Positions 8,159-18,371 of a stretch of DNA of 64,000 bases are shown here, piece after piece. Where the stretch lies: assembly GCA_027623675.1 (NCBI GenBank), contig JAQBVF010000002.1:32001-96000 (forward strand). Direction: 5' to 3'. How positions within the stretch are numbered: the stretch's first letter is position 1; each line of letters starts with the position of its first letter. Origin of the DNA: Chloroflexota bacterium (GTDB lineage: Bacteria; Chloroflexota; Dehalococcoidia; Lucifugimonadales; UBA3495). The notes under the pieces are model-generated. The model saw nothing but the letters and a program-made list of their open reading frames with translations. It ran no database searches and was not told the DNA's origin. The position numbers and the translations under genes were made by a program.

Positions 8159-10171
8159 TTGGCTGACCAGGCTCTTGACCAACTCTGTATCAACACCATC
8201 CGATTCCTGGCCGTGGACTCTGTCCAAAAGGCCAAGTCCGGACACCCCGGCGCACCCATGGGACAGGCGCCCATGGCCTACGCATTGTGGGACCGTTTCC
8301 TAGAGCACAACCCCGCCGACCCGACGTGGCCCAACCGCGACCGCTTGATACTTTCCTCCGGCCACGCGTCGGCCCTGTTGTATTCCCTGCTCCATCTCAC
8401 GGGCTACGACCTGTCTCTGGACGATCTGAAACAATTTCGTCAGTGGGGCAGCCGCACCCCAGGCCACCCAGAGTACGGCATTACACCAGGAGTTGAGGCC
8501 ACCACCGGCCCCTTGGGGCAGGGTTTCGGCAACGCCGTGGGCATGGCACTGGCCGAGAGGTGGCTGGCGGGGCGTTTCAACCGGCCGGGCCACGAGATCA
8601 TCGATCATCATACCTACGCCATAGTTTCTGACGGCGACCTGCAAGAGGGCATCGCGTCGGAGGCCGCGTCCATGGCCGGCACCCTGGGTTTGGGCAAGCT
8701 CATCACGCTCTATGACGACAACGAAGTGTCCATCGAGGGCAGCACCGACATCACTTTCAAAGAGACTGTGTCCCAGCGGTTCGAGGCCTACGGCTGGCAC
8801 GTGATCGGACCCATCGACGGCATGGACGTGGAGCAGGTCACTGCAGCTTTGACCGCGGCCAAGGCCGAAACCGGCAGGCCCAGCATCATCGTCTGCACCA
8901 CGGTGATCGGCTACGGAAGCCCCAACAAGGCAGGCAAAGCCTCAGCCCACGGCGACCCCCTGGGCGATGAAGAGGTTAGCCTGGCAAAACAAGCGTTGGG
9001 ATTTGGATTCGATGAAGCATTTTCCATCCCCGCCGAGGCCGGCGCCCACCTGGGTCTGGCCGGCGAGCGGGGCAAGTCGCGACAGGCGGCCTGGGATGCG
9101 GCTTTCAGTGAGTACCGGGAAGCTTACCCCAAGGAAGCGCAACAGCTGGACGACGCACTCCACGCACGGCTTCCCGACGGCTGGGATGCCGGGCTAGACG
9201 GCCTGTTCGACGAACCCAAGCCCATCGCGACACGGGAGGCATCCGGTCGGGTGATGAACGCCATCTCCAACGGCGTGCCGGCGTTCCTGGGCGGGTCGGC
9301 CGACCTGGCCCCATCCACCAAGACGATATTGAACGACCGGGGGCACATCGCGTCCGGAGATTATTCCGGTCACAACATACATTTCGGCGTGCGCGAGCAC
9401 GCCATGGGCGCGGTGGCCAACGGTCTGGCCCTCCACGGCGGCGCTATCCCCTATACGGCCACGTTCCTGGTCTTCTCCGACTACATGCGCGGGTCCATCC
9501 GGCTGGGGGCGCTCATGGGCAAGCAGGTGGCCTACATCTTCACCCACGATTCCATCGGAGTTGGCGAAGACGGCCCAACCCATCAGCCCATCGAACACCT
9601 TATGGCGCTGCGCGAGATACCAGGCCTGGTGGTCAGCCGGCCGGCCGACGCCACCGAGACGGTGGAGGTCTGGCGCGCCGCCATGACCCGGCAAGAAGGC
9701 CCCACCGCCATGGCATTTACCCGCCAGAACCTGCCGGTGTTGGACCGGACCAAGCTGAGCCCGGCGTCCGGCGTGCTGAAAGGCGCCTACATCCTTCGTG
9801 AGAGCAGCGGCCCGCCCCAGTTGATCATCATCGCCACCGGGTCCGAGGTCCACATCGCACTGGAAGCCGCTGAGATTCTGGAGACCGAGGGGATCGCCGC
9901 CAGGGTGGTCTCCATGCCGTCTTGGGAGCTGTTCGACAATCAGCCCAAGGAATACCGGGACCAAGTTCTGCCCCCCTCGCTGCGAGCCCGGGTTTCCGTT
10001 GAAGCCGGATCCACCAAAGGGTGGGAGCGGTACGTAGGTCTGGACGGCGCCTGCGTCGGCATGAACGGCTACGGCGCATCGGCCCCAGCCGGGGTGCTCT
10101 ACGAGAAATTCGGCATCACCGCCGAGCGCGTCGCCGATGAGTCCCGGAAGTTGATCAACGGGGCCGGTTAG
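8159..10171 (+). CDS. tkt: Transketolase
   Basis: [38 protein letters not shown] (TPP), [16 protein letters not shown]. Probable TTG start after AGGGGG. Confidence 0.97.
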   Translation: MADQALDQLCINTIRFLAVDSVQKAKSGHPGAPMGQAPMAYALWDRFLEHNPADPTWPNRDRLILSSGHASALLYSLLHLTGYDLSLDDLKQFRQWGSRTPGHPEYGITPGVEATTGPLGQGFGNAVGMALAERWLAGRFNRPGHEIIDHHTYAIVSDGDLQEGIASEAASMAGTLGLGKLITLYDDNEVSIEGSTDITFKETVSQRFEAYGWHVIGPIDGMDVEQVTAALTAAKAETGRPSIIVCTTVIGYGSPNKAGKASAHGDPLGDEEVSLAKQALGFGFDEAFSIPAEAGAHLGLAGERGKSRQAAWDAAFSEYREAYPKEAQQLDDALHARLPDGWDAGLDGLFDEPKPIATREASGRVMNAISNGVPAFLGGSADLAPSTKTILNDRGHIASGDYSGHNIHFGVREHAMGAVANGLALHGGAIPYTATFLVFSDYMRGSIRLGALMGKQVAYIFTHDSIGVGEDGPTHQPIEHLMALREIPGLVVSRPADATETVEVWRAAMTRQEGPTAMAFTRQNLPVLDRTKLSPASGVLKGAYILRESSGPPQLIIIATGSEVHIALEAAEILETEGIAARVVSMPSWELFDNQPKEYRDQVLPPSLRARVSVEAGSTKGWERYVGLDGACVGMNGYGASAPAGVLYEKFGITAERVADESRKLINGAG

Positions 10172-10333
10172 CTTTCCCGCTGCCAACGAGCCTCGGAGGC
10201 GCATCCTTCTGCCGGTGATTGCATCTCAACTGAAGTGCGGCCTGCTCGCGAACGGGCCCTTCCGCGAATCGGCCTTTCTGACAACGGGGAAAATACGGGC
10301 GGGGGTCCAACCGCCACCTGATCTGGGGATGTG

Positions 10334-11701
10334 ATGCGGAAGTTTGACATCATTGTGATTGGCTCCGGCTCCGGCCTGGAAGTCTCCTCCGACCTCTCGG
10401 ATGAAGGCTGGTCGGTCGCGGTGATCGAAGAGGGCCCCTTCGGCGGCACCTGCCTCAACCGCGGTTGCATCCCCTCAAAGTTGCTCATCCACTGCGCCGA
10501 CGTCATGCAAACCGTCCAGAACGCCGCCAGATTCGGTATCCACGCTAAGGTCGAGCGCATCGACTGGCCTTTCATCGTCAACCGCGCCTTTGAAGAGGTG
10601 GACGCTGACGCGGCGATGATCGAGCGGGGCAACCGCCAAAGCGAGAATATTGAGGTCTTCAAGGGCCGTGGCCGCTTCACCGGCCCAAAGACCCTTGAAG
10701 TGAACGGCGAACAACTGACCGCCGAAACGGTCCTGATCGCCGCCGGCGCCCGGCCATGGGTGCCCGAGATTCCCGGCCTGACGCAGACTCCGTACGTCAC
10801 GTCCGACGAAGCACTGCGCCTGCCCGAGCAGCCAAAACGGCTCACAGTGGTGGGGGGCGGGTACATCGCGGCGGAGTTGGCCCATTTCTTTGGGGCTTTG
10901 GGCACGGAGGTGACCATCATCCACCGCCGGAGAACCATGCTCCGGGAGGAAGACGACGAAATCGCCCGCCGGTTCACCGAGGTCTATCAACGGCGCTTCA
11001 ACATGGTGCTGGACTCCCAAGTATCCGGTGTCTCGTCCAAAGACGGGGAGATAACGGTTGCGGTCACGACTCCGGACGGGCCTAAGACGATTACCTCGGA
11101 CACCCTGCTGATGGCCACCGGCCGCGTCCCCAACACCGACATACTGGACGTGGGCAAGACCGGGGTGGCGGTCAACCAACGGGGCTACGTTAAGACCGAC
11201 GAATTCTTGCAGACCAACGTGCCCGGCATTTGGGCCTTGGGCGACATCGTGGGCCGGTATCTGCTGAAGCACAGCGCTAACCTGGAGGCGGCCTACGCAA
11301 CCAACAACATCCTCAACCCAGACAACCCGGCGGCGGTGGACTACCACGCCATGCCCCATGCCGTGTTCGCCTCACCCCAGGTGGCGTCGGTGGGCATGAC
11401 CGAAGAAGAAGCCGAGGGCCGGGGCGCATCCTACGTCACCGCCAGCTATAACTACTCGGACACCGCCTACGGGGCGTCCATCGAGGACAAAGACGGCTTC
11501 GTCAAGGTGCTGGCCGACCCTGGGTCCGGCGATATCCTGGGCTGCCACATCATCGGGACCGACGCGGCAACCCTGATTCAGGAAGCCGCCAACGCGATGC
11601 GGCTGCGGTTGGGCGTGGACGCAATCACCCAGTCGATCTACGTGCATCCCGCGCTGCCCGAGGTGGTGCAAAGGGCCTTCGGCCAACTACCGCTCGAATA
11701 A
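10334..11701 (+). CDS. Flavin disulfide reductase, mycothione-reductase-like (class I pyridine nucleotide-disulfide oxidoreductase)
   Basis: GSGSG, FGGTCLNRGCIPSK, GGGYIAAE...IIHRRR, LKHSANLEA, YVHPALPEVV. Confidence 0.85.
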   Translation: MRKFDIIVIGSGSGLEVSSDLSDEGWSVAVIEEGPFGGTCLNRGCIPSKLLIHCADVMQTVQNAARFGIHAKVERIDWPFIVNRAFEEVDADAAMIERGNRQSENIEVFKGRGRFTGPKTLEVNGEQLTAETVLIAAGARPWVPEIPGLTQTPYVTSDEALRLPEQPKRLTVVGGGYIAAELAHFFGALGTEVTIIHRRRTMLREEDDEIARRFTEVYQRRFNMVLDSQVSGVSSKDGEITVAVTTPDGPKTITSDTLLMATGRVPNTDILDVGKTGVAVNQRGYVKTDEFLQTNVPGIWALGDIVGRYLLKHSANLEAAYATNNILNPDNPAAVDYHAMPHAVFASPQVASVGMTEEEAEGRGASYVTASYNYSDTAYGASIEDKDGFVKVLADPGSGDILGCHIIGTDAATLIQEAANAMRLRLGVDAITQSIYVHPALPEVVQRAFGQLPLE

Positions 11702-11772
11702 ACGCCGAGCCGGCAGTGAGGTTTCGGCGACCCGGGTTAGACAGCCCGGTTTAGATATAAAGGAGTTCACCT

Positions 11773-12720
11773 GTGGAATTGGGAATGATTGGCCTGGGAA
11801 GGATGGGCGGCAACATGGCCCAGCGGCTTTTGGTGGGGGGCCACCGGGTGGTCACCTATGACCGCGACCCGATGGCCATCGCCGGACTTCAGGTACTGGG
11901 CGGGGAGGGGGCTTCTTCCCTGGCTAACGTGGTCTCCCGGCTCTCCACTCCCCGCGCATTGTGGATCATGGTGCCGGCCGGGCAGCCGACCGAGGACACA
12001 ATCGACGAGCTGGCCCCGCTGCTCAGTCCGGGTGACGCCATATTGGACGGCGGCAATGCCAACTATAAGGACAGCATGCGCCGGGCCGCCAAGTTGGACG
12101 AGCATGGCATAAAATTCATCGACGTCGGCACCAGCGGCGGCATCTGGGGCCTGGCCGAGGGCTATTGTCTGATGGTCGGCGGCGAAGAAGCGACGGTTAC
12201 CCGTTTGGAACCCATCTTCCGCACGCTGGCCCCCAGCCCAACCCAGGGCTACAGCCGGGTCGGGCCCAGCGGCGCCGGTCATTTCACCAAGATGGTGCAC
12301 AACGGCGTGGAGTACGGCCTGATGCAGGCGTACGCCGAGGGCTTCGAGTTGCTGGAGGCCAAAGAGGAGTTCGGCCTGGACCTTCAGTCCATCGCCGAGA
12401 CCTGGCGTTACGGCAGCGTGGTGCGGTCCTGGCTTTTGGACCTGGCCGCCGCTGCCCTGGCAGAAGACCCCGGACTGGCAACCCTTGATTCGTACGTTGA
12501 CGACTCCGGCGAAGGCCGCTGGACGGTGGACGAATCGGTGGAGTTGGCCGTGCCCATCCCGGTAATCACCATGGCCCTGCAAGCCCGGTTCCGGTCGCGG
12601 CAGGAACGGCCATTCGGAGGCCGCATGCTGGCCGCGCTGCGGAACCAGTTCGGCGGTCATGCCGTTCGAAAATCCGGTCAAAGCCCCAGTACACCTCCCG
12701 GCCAAAGCTCCGGTCAATGA
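11773..12720 (+). CDS. gnd: 6-phosphogluconate dehydrogenase, decarboxylating (short GntZ/YqeC type)
   Basis: GLGRMGGNMA, WIMVPAG, DGGNANYKD, GHFTKMVHNGVEYG, LRNQFGGH. AAGGAG SD. Confidence 0.95.
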   Translation: MELGMIGLGRMGGNMAQRLLVGGHRVVTYDRDPMAIAGLQVLGGEGASSLANVVSRLSTPRALWIMVPAGQPTEDTIDELAPLLSPGDAILDGGNANYKDSMRRAAKLDEHGIKFIDVGTSGGIWGLAEGYCLMVGGEEATVTRLEPIFRTLAPSPTQGYSRVGPSGAGHFTKMVHNGVEYGLMQAYAEGFELLEAKEEFGLDLQSIAETWRYGSVVRSWLLDLAAAALAEDPGLATLDSYVDDSGEGRWTVDESVELAVPIPVITMALQARFRSRQERPFGGRMLAALRNQFGGHAVRKSGQSPSTPPGQSSGQ

Positions 12721-14207
12721 CGTCTGATTCCGGGGACCAGGTCCCGGCGCAAACAACCACGATCGTGATTATGGGCGCCTCGGGAGACCTGGCGCGCCGC
12801 AAACTGATCCCGTCGCTGTGCAGCCTGTTCTGCAAGGGCAGGTTGGGGCCGGAGGTGCGGATCGTGGGGATGGCCCGTACCCGCCAGACGGAACAGCAGT
12901 TTCGCGAGTCGCTGGCTGAGGGGATGGAGGAGTTCGCCCACTTCAGCCCCGGCTCTGACGCCTGGGATGAGTTCATCTCCCGCGTCGGCTATTGCTATGG
13001 CGACGTCACTTCCCAAGACGACCTGGAAAACCTGGATGAAACCCTGCGGGGGATCGAATCGCCCGGCCAACCGGCCAACCGTTTGTACTACTTGGCATTG
13101 GCGCCTTCCCTGTACGGACCGGCGGTGTTGAACCTGGGCGCCACTGGAATGGCCCGCGAGACCGGCTGCTGGCGGCGGGTGGTCATCGAGAAACCCTTCG
13201 GTTCCGACCTGGCCACGGCCCAAGAACTGAACCAGGTGGTCCACTCGGTCTTTTCCGAAAGCCAGGTATTCCGCATCGACCACTACCTGGGCAAGGAGAC
13301 GGTCCAGAACCTCTTGGTTTTCCGGTTCGCCAACACCATATTTGAGCCGATCTGGTCCCGGAGCTACATCGATAACATTCAGATCACCGTCTCAGAAACC
13401 GTGCCGGTCTCCGAGCGCGCCGGTTACTATGATCAGGCTGGGGTGCTCCGGGATATGTTCCAGAACCATCTGCTTCAACTGCTGACCGTGGTTGCGATGG
13501 AGCCGCCCTCCAATTTCCAGGCTGACCTGCTCCGCAATGAAAAGGTTAAGGTGCTGAACGCCGTGCGCCGGCCCACTTTGATCGAACACGGTGGAACCAG
13601 GGGAAACCACGAAACCAGCAGGATCGCTGTCACCGGCCAGTATGGCGGCTATCTTGACGAGCCGGGCGTGCCCAGCGGCTCGCGGACTCCCACCTACGCG
13701 GCGGTCCGTTTGGACATCGACAACTGGCGTTGGCAGGGGGTGCCGTTCTACCTCCGCTCCGGAAAGGCGCTGGAGGACAAACGCACCGAGATCATCATTC
13801 AATTCCGCAAGCCGCCCCACATGATGTTCGCCCACGAAATCACCGCCAACATATTGGCCATCCAGGTGCAACCGCACGAGGGATTGCACATCGAGTTCCA
13901 GGCCAAAACCCCGGACGAAAAGATGGAGATGCGACCCGTGGACCTAGAGTTTCATTACGAGGACTCGTTCGGCGGAATGGACCTGCCCGACGCCTACGAA
14001 CGCCTGCTCCTGGATGCAATGAATGGCGACGCCTCGCTGTTCACCCGGAGCGACGAGATTGAGGAAGCCTGGGAGATAATTGACCCAATCATCCAGTCGC
14101 TGCCGGCCCCGGACCACTATAACGTGGGCAGCCGGGGGCCGGAAGCAGCCGATGACCTCCTGGCCAAAGACGGTCGAAGGTGGCTGGATCCCCACTCCAG
14201 GTTCTAA
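12717..14207 (+). CDS. zwf: Glucose-6-phosphate 1-dehydrogenase
   Basis: GASGDLARRKL, EKPFG, RIDHYLGKETVQN, WQGVPFYLRSGK. ATGA overlap with gnd. Confidence 0.97.
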   Translation: MTSDSGDQVPAQTTTIVIMGASGDLARRKLIPSLCSLFCKGRLGPEVRIVGMARTRQTEQQFRESLAEGMEEFAHFSPGSDAWDEFISRVGYCYGDVTSQDDLENLDETLRGIESPGQPANRLYYLALAPSLYGPAVLNLGATGMARETGCWRRVVIEKPFGSDLATAQELNQVVHSVFSESQVFRIDHYLGKETVQNLLVFRFANTIFEPIWSRSYIDNIQITVSETVPVSERAGYYDQAGVLRDMFQNHLLQLLTVVAMEPPSNFQADLLRNEKVKVLNAVRRPTLIEHGGTRGNHETSRIAVTGQYGGYLDEPGVPSGSRTPTYAAVRLDIDNWRWQGVPFYLRSGKALEDKRTEIIIQFRKPPHMMFAHEITANILAIQVQPHEGLHIEFQAKTPDEKMEMRPVDLEFHYEDSFGGMDLPDAYERLLLDAMNGDASLFTRSDEIEEAWEIIDPIIQSLPAPDHYNVGSRGPEAADDLLAKDGRRWLDPHSRF

Positions 14208-14312
14208 GGCCGGGCGCCGGGCGGTTCTTTTCCCGGTGTTTGATTCAAGCAGATCCGTGGGGGATGATTAACACGGATGATTATCGATGATTATTAACGT
14301 AGGAATCTTTCT

Positions 14313-16187
14313 TTGACCTATAAGCAGATACACGAATACGGTCTCATCGGCGACATGCACGGCTCGGCCCTGGTTGCGTCCGACGGCTCCATCGACTGGT
14401 GCTGCATCCCCAGGTTCGACTCGCCGGCGCTTTTCAGCAAGATATTGGACGACCACAACGGCGGGTTCTTCAAGTTAACGCCCAGCAATATCCACAGTGT
14501 CACGCGCCGTTACCGTCCTGACACCAACGTCTTGGAGACCAGTTTCAACACCTCCAGCGGCTCTGGGATCCTCTACGACTTCATGCCGGTCCACCATCAC
14601 TCGGTCATGCCGCGGGCGCCGCGGGAAGTGACCGAGACTCAGCGGGTTGTGCGCATCCTCCACTGTACTCAAGGCCGCCTGGATTTCGAGATGGAATGCT
14701 GTCCCAAGTTCGACTACGGGACCATCGTGCCCCACGCAGCGCTGAGCACTCCCCATACCGGCATCGCCCACGGGGGCTCCGATGCGGTGTCGGTCTTCTG
14801 CTCGGCCCCACTAACCCTGGTCAACGACGGGTTCCGGGCCAGGGGAGCCATCTTTGAGCAGGAAAAGCTTTACGCCACGGTCTCCAACCAGTCATCGTTC
14901 TCCCACCATACCGAGCCTCTAACCCCGGAAAAACTGGACCAGGAATTGGACGACACCACGGCCTTCTGGGAGGGTTGGGCGGCCCAATGCACATTCCGTG
15001 GTGAACACCGCGACGCGGTTGTCCGCAGTGCGCTGACCCTCAAAGCTCTAACCTACGCACCATCCGGCGGTCTGGTCGCCGCGCCCACCACGTCCCTGCC
15101 TGAAACCATCGGCGGCGTGCGTAACTGGGACTACCGGTACACCTGGATCAGGGACGCCACGTTCGCCCTGTACGCCCTTTCCATCATCGGCTTCACCGGG
15201 GAAGCCAGGGCGTTCAAGGACTGGCTGGAATGGAGCACATCGGGCCGGGCGCGCGACCTGCAGGTGATGTACGGTCTGGGAGGAGAACGGCGGCTCACGG
15301 AGATCGAGATTCCGGAGCTGGACGGCTACGAACGCTCCAGACCGGTGCGCATCGGGAACGGGGCCTATAACCAGTTCCAGTTGGACATCTACGGCGAGAT
15401 CATGGACTCGGCCCATATCTTCCGGAAATTCGGCGGCTCAGTGGACGCCGAATACTGGGAGTATCTACGCCGGGTGGTCAATTTCGTGATCGACCACTGG
15501 CAGGAGCCAGACGATGGCATCTGGGAAACCAGAGGCGGGCGCCAACACTTTGTGTTCTCCAAGGTGATGTGCTGGGTGGCCATGGACCGGGCCATCAAGG
15601 CCGTCGACACAATGGGGCTGCCCGGCGACGTTAAAGTCTGGAGGACGGTCCGAGACCAGATCCGGGACGAGGTGATGGACAAGGGTTACTCGGAGAGCCG
15701 TCAGGCGTTCGTCCAGTCCTACGGCAGCAAGAACCTGGACGCCGCCAACCTGATGCTGCCTCTGGTGGGGTTCATCCCGGTCACCGACCCTAAGATGCGC
15801 TCAACCATCCGGGCGATCCAATCGGAACTGACCAACTCCAACGGATTTGTGTACCGCTACCGGGATTTCGACGATGGTCTGGGCGGATCGGAAGGCACGT
15901 TCACCATCTGCACGTTCTGGTTGGCCGACAACCTGATACAGATCGGAGAGCTGAAAGAGGCCCGGCATCTTTTTGAGACGGCAATGAGCTGCGCCAACGA
16001 CCTGGGCCTCCTCAGCGAGGAATATGACGACGCGACCAACACCATGCTGGGCAATTTCCCTCAGGCGTTCTCCCATATGGCGATGATCAACACGGCGGTC
16101 CATCTGCAGGTGGCGGAGGAAGGTACTGAATCGCCTCTGGCGCGCTTGTCACTCGTTCGAGGCGCAAGTATCATTCCCCCAAAGTGA
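14313..16187 (+). CDS. Glycoside hydrolase family 15 (trehalase/glucoamylase-like)
   Basis: YGLIGD, GSIDWCCIPRFDSP, AAPTTSLPE, RNWDYRYTWIRD, QLDIYGE, LLSEE, GNFPQAFSH. Confidence 0.93.
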   Translation: MTYKQIHEYGLIGDMHGSALVASDGSIDWCCIPRFDSPALFSKILDDHNGGFFKLTPSNIHSVTRRYRPDTNVLETSFNTSSGSGILYDFMPVHHHSVMPRAPREVTETQRVVRILHCTQGRLDFEMECCPKFDYGTIVPHAALSTPHTGIAHGGSDAVSVFCSAPLTLVNDGFRARGAIFEQEKLYATVSNQSSFSHHTEPLTPEKLDQELDDTTAFWEGWAAQCTFRGEHRDAVVRSALTLKALTYAPSGGLVAAPTTSLPETIGGVRNWDYRYTWIRDATFALYALSIIGFTGEARAFKDWLEWSTSGRARDLQVMYGLGGERRLTEIEIPELDGYERSRPVRIGNGAYNQFQLDIYGEIMDSAHIFRKFGGSVDAEYWEYLRRVVNFVIDHWQEPDDGIWETRGGRQHFVFSKVMCWVAMDRAIKAVDTMGLPGDVKVWRTVRDQIRDEVMDKGYSESRQAFVQSYGSKNLDAANLMLPLVGFIPVTDPKMRSTIRAIQSELTNSNGFVYRYRDFDDGLGGSEGTFTICTFWLADNLIQIGELKEARHLFETAMSCANDLGLLSEEYDDATNTMLGNFPQAFSHMAMINTAVHLQVAEEGTESPLARLSLVRGASIIPPK

Positions 16188-16218
16188 TTTCCCATTACCC
16201 CATCGGAGAGCGTCCAGG

Positions 16219-18318
16219 ATGCAGAGATTCCGGATTGGCGTGGACATCGGCGGCACGTTCACTGATATCGTCTTTCTGGGCGATGACGGCCAGGTGCTGG
16301 CCCGCAAGGTCGCTAGCACGCCCGGCGACTACAGCCGGGCGGTCCTGAACGGCATCAGCAGCGGCATAGAAGAACTGGGACTGACCGCCGACATGGTGTC
16401 CGAGGTCAGCCACGGCTTCACCGTCGCCACCAACGCCATCATCGAGCAGAAGGGCGCCAAGACCGCCCTGATCACCACCGAGGGCTTCCGGGACGTTCTG
16501 GAGTTCCGGCGCAACCGCATCCCCCGCCTCTACGACCTGCATTACGAGAAGCCGCCGCCCTTGGTCAAGCGGCAATTCCGGCTGGAGGTCGGCGAGCGGC
16601 TGAACTTTCAGGGCGAGGTGCTGAGGCCGCTGAACAAGGCCGACGTGGACCGCGCCGTTAGATACGTGCTGGACAACCGCATCGAGTCGGTGGCCATCTG
16701 CCTGCTGCATTCCTACGCCAACCCGGCACACGAGCAGTACATCGCCCAGGTGTTGACCGAGAAAGCGCCGGGCGTGAACCTCACCATATCCTCGGACCTG
16801 CTTCCTGAGATGAAGGAGTACGAACGCACCAGCACCACGGTGATCAACGGCTACGTCCGTCCGGTGGTCGAGAATTACCTGACACTGCTGACCGGCGGCC
16901 TCACCGAGATGGGCGTCACAGTCCCTCTGACCGTGATGCAGTCCAACGGCGGCCTGGCCACTGCCGACATCGCCAAGGAACGCCCGGTCTACTGCATCGA
17001 ATCCGGCCCGGCCGCCGGAGTGGTGGGGGCCTATCACCTGGGCAAGCGTTTGAACATCGCCAACCTGATGACCCTGGACATGGGCGGGACCACGGCCAAG
17101 GCATCGATCATTGAAGACGGCGAGATGCTGCAGGCCCCCGAGTACGAGGTCGGCGGCGAGATCAGCGTGGGCCACCGGCTGCTGCGCGGCTCGGGCCACA
17201 TCCTGCGGGTGCCGGCCATCGACCTGGCTGAGGTCGGCGCGGGCGGCGGCAGCATCGCCGCCGTTGACCGCAGCGGATCCCTCCGGGTGGGCCCTCAAAG
17301 CTCCGGCGCCGACCCCGGGCCGGCCTGCTACCGGCTGGGCGGACAGGACGCCACCGTGACCGACGCCAATGTGCTACTGGGCTTCTTGCATCCAAAGCAC
17401 CTGCTGGGCGGTGATTTCCAGATCGACTCGGAACTGGCCCGTAAAGCCATCACCGACAATGTGGCGCGGCCCCTTGGCATGTCCGACGTCGAGGCTGCCT
17501 ACGGCATCCACACGTTGGTCAACTCAAACATGGGCCGGGCGCTGCGGGCCGTTTCCAGCGAGCGGGGTCGGGACCCTCGAAGATTTGATCTCATCACCTT
17601 CGGCGGCAGCGGGCCGGTGCACGCCGTGGGCCTAGCCGAGATGCTGGACATCTCTCGGGTGGTGGTGCCGCCATTCCCCGGCGTGTTCAGCTCCTTCGGC
17701 CTGTTGGTGGCCGATGTGGAGCACCATTTCGTGCAGACTTACTTCAAGACCTTTGCTGAACTTGACATAACTGCTTTGGCGGGCTTGCTGGATAGCCTCT
17801 GGGAGCAGGGCCGGAGCCAGCTGCGCCTTGAGGGTTTCGACGACTCCCGCCATGAGGTGGTGACCCAGATAGACATGAAATACGAAGGCCAGGTATCGGA
17901 CCTGACCGTGCCCTTCCCCACCGGCCCCGTCAACCGGCAGACCATCCAGGCAGTGATCGGCGCCTTCGAGGAAGAACACGAGAAGAGCTTCGGGTACAGC
18001 AGCCCCGACTCGGGGTACCAACTGGTCAACGTGCGGGTCATCGCGCGTGGGTTGCCAGAGGTCGCCCGCATGCCGGAGCGGCTGGAACTTCCAAAATCAT
18101 CCAATGGCGCCGGCGATTCCCTAAGGAATGTCTACTTCGGACCCAACAAGGGCTGGTCCAGCGCCCCAGTGGTCGACCGCCAGGCCCTGGCCGGAAACAC
18201 CACCCAAGGACCGCTGATCGTCCAGGAATACGACTCGACCACCGTGGTGCCCCCCGGCTGGAACGCCACCACCGACCGGTGGAGCAACATCGTGCTAGAG
18301 AAAACTCCGGCGGCCTAG
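16219..18318 (+). CDS. Hydantoinase/oxoprolinase subunit A (HyuA-like, ATP-binding)
   Basis: GVDIGGTFTD, ESGPAAG, DMGGTT, GAGGGS, GADPGPACY. Confidence 0.93.
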   Translation: MQRFRIGVDIGGTFTDIVFLGDDGQVLARKVASTPGDYSRAVLNGISSGIEELGLTADMVSEVSHGFTVATNAIIEQKGAKTALITTEGFRDVLEFRRNRIPRLYDLHYEKPPPLVKRQFRLEVGERLNFQGEVLRPLNKADVDRAVRYVLDNRIESVAICLLHSYANPAHEQYIAQVLTEKAPGVNLTISSDLLPEMKEYERTSTTVINGYVRPVVENYLTLLTGGLTEMGVTVPLTVMQSNGGLATADIAKERPVYCIESGPAAGVVGAYHLGKRLNIANLMTLDMGGTTAKASIIEDGEMLQAPEYEVGGEISVGHRLLRGSGHILRVPAIDLAEVGAGGGSIAAVDRSGSLRVGPQSSGADPGPACYRLGGQDATVTDANVLLGFLHPKHLLGGDFQIDSELARKAITDNVARPLGMSDVEAAYGIHTLVNSNMGRALRAVSSERGRDPRRFDLITFGGSGPVHAVGLAEMLDISRVVVPPFPGVFSSFGLLVADVEHHFVQTYFKTFAELDITALAGLLDSLWEQGRSQLRLEGFDDSRHEVVTQIDMKYEGQVSDLTVPFPTGPVNRQTIQAVIGAFEEEHEKSFGYSSPDSGYQLVNVRVIARGLPEVARMPERLELPKSSNGAGDSLRNVYFGPNKGWSSAPVVDRQALAGNTTQGPLIVQEYDSTTVVPPGWNATTDRWSNIVLEKTPAA

Positions 18319-18371
18319 ATTTGCTAGCACGGACCAGTAAACCCGTACCCGCAATCCCGAAAGGAGCCCCC

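Noticed and set aside
10334..11701. Calling this gene lpdA or mtr outright
   Set aside because: Motifs favour an NADPH-type Mtr-like enzyme but the substrate cannot be fixed from sequence, so no symbol was given.
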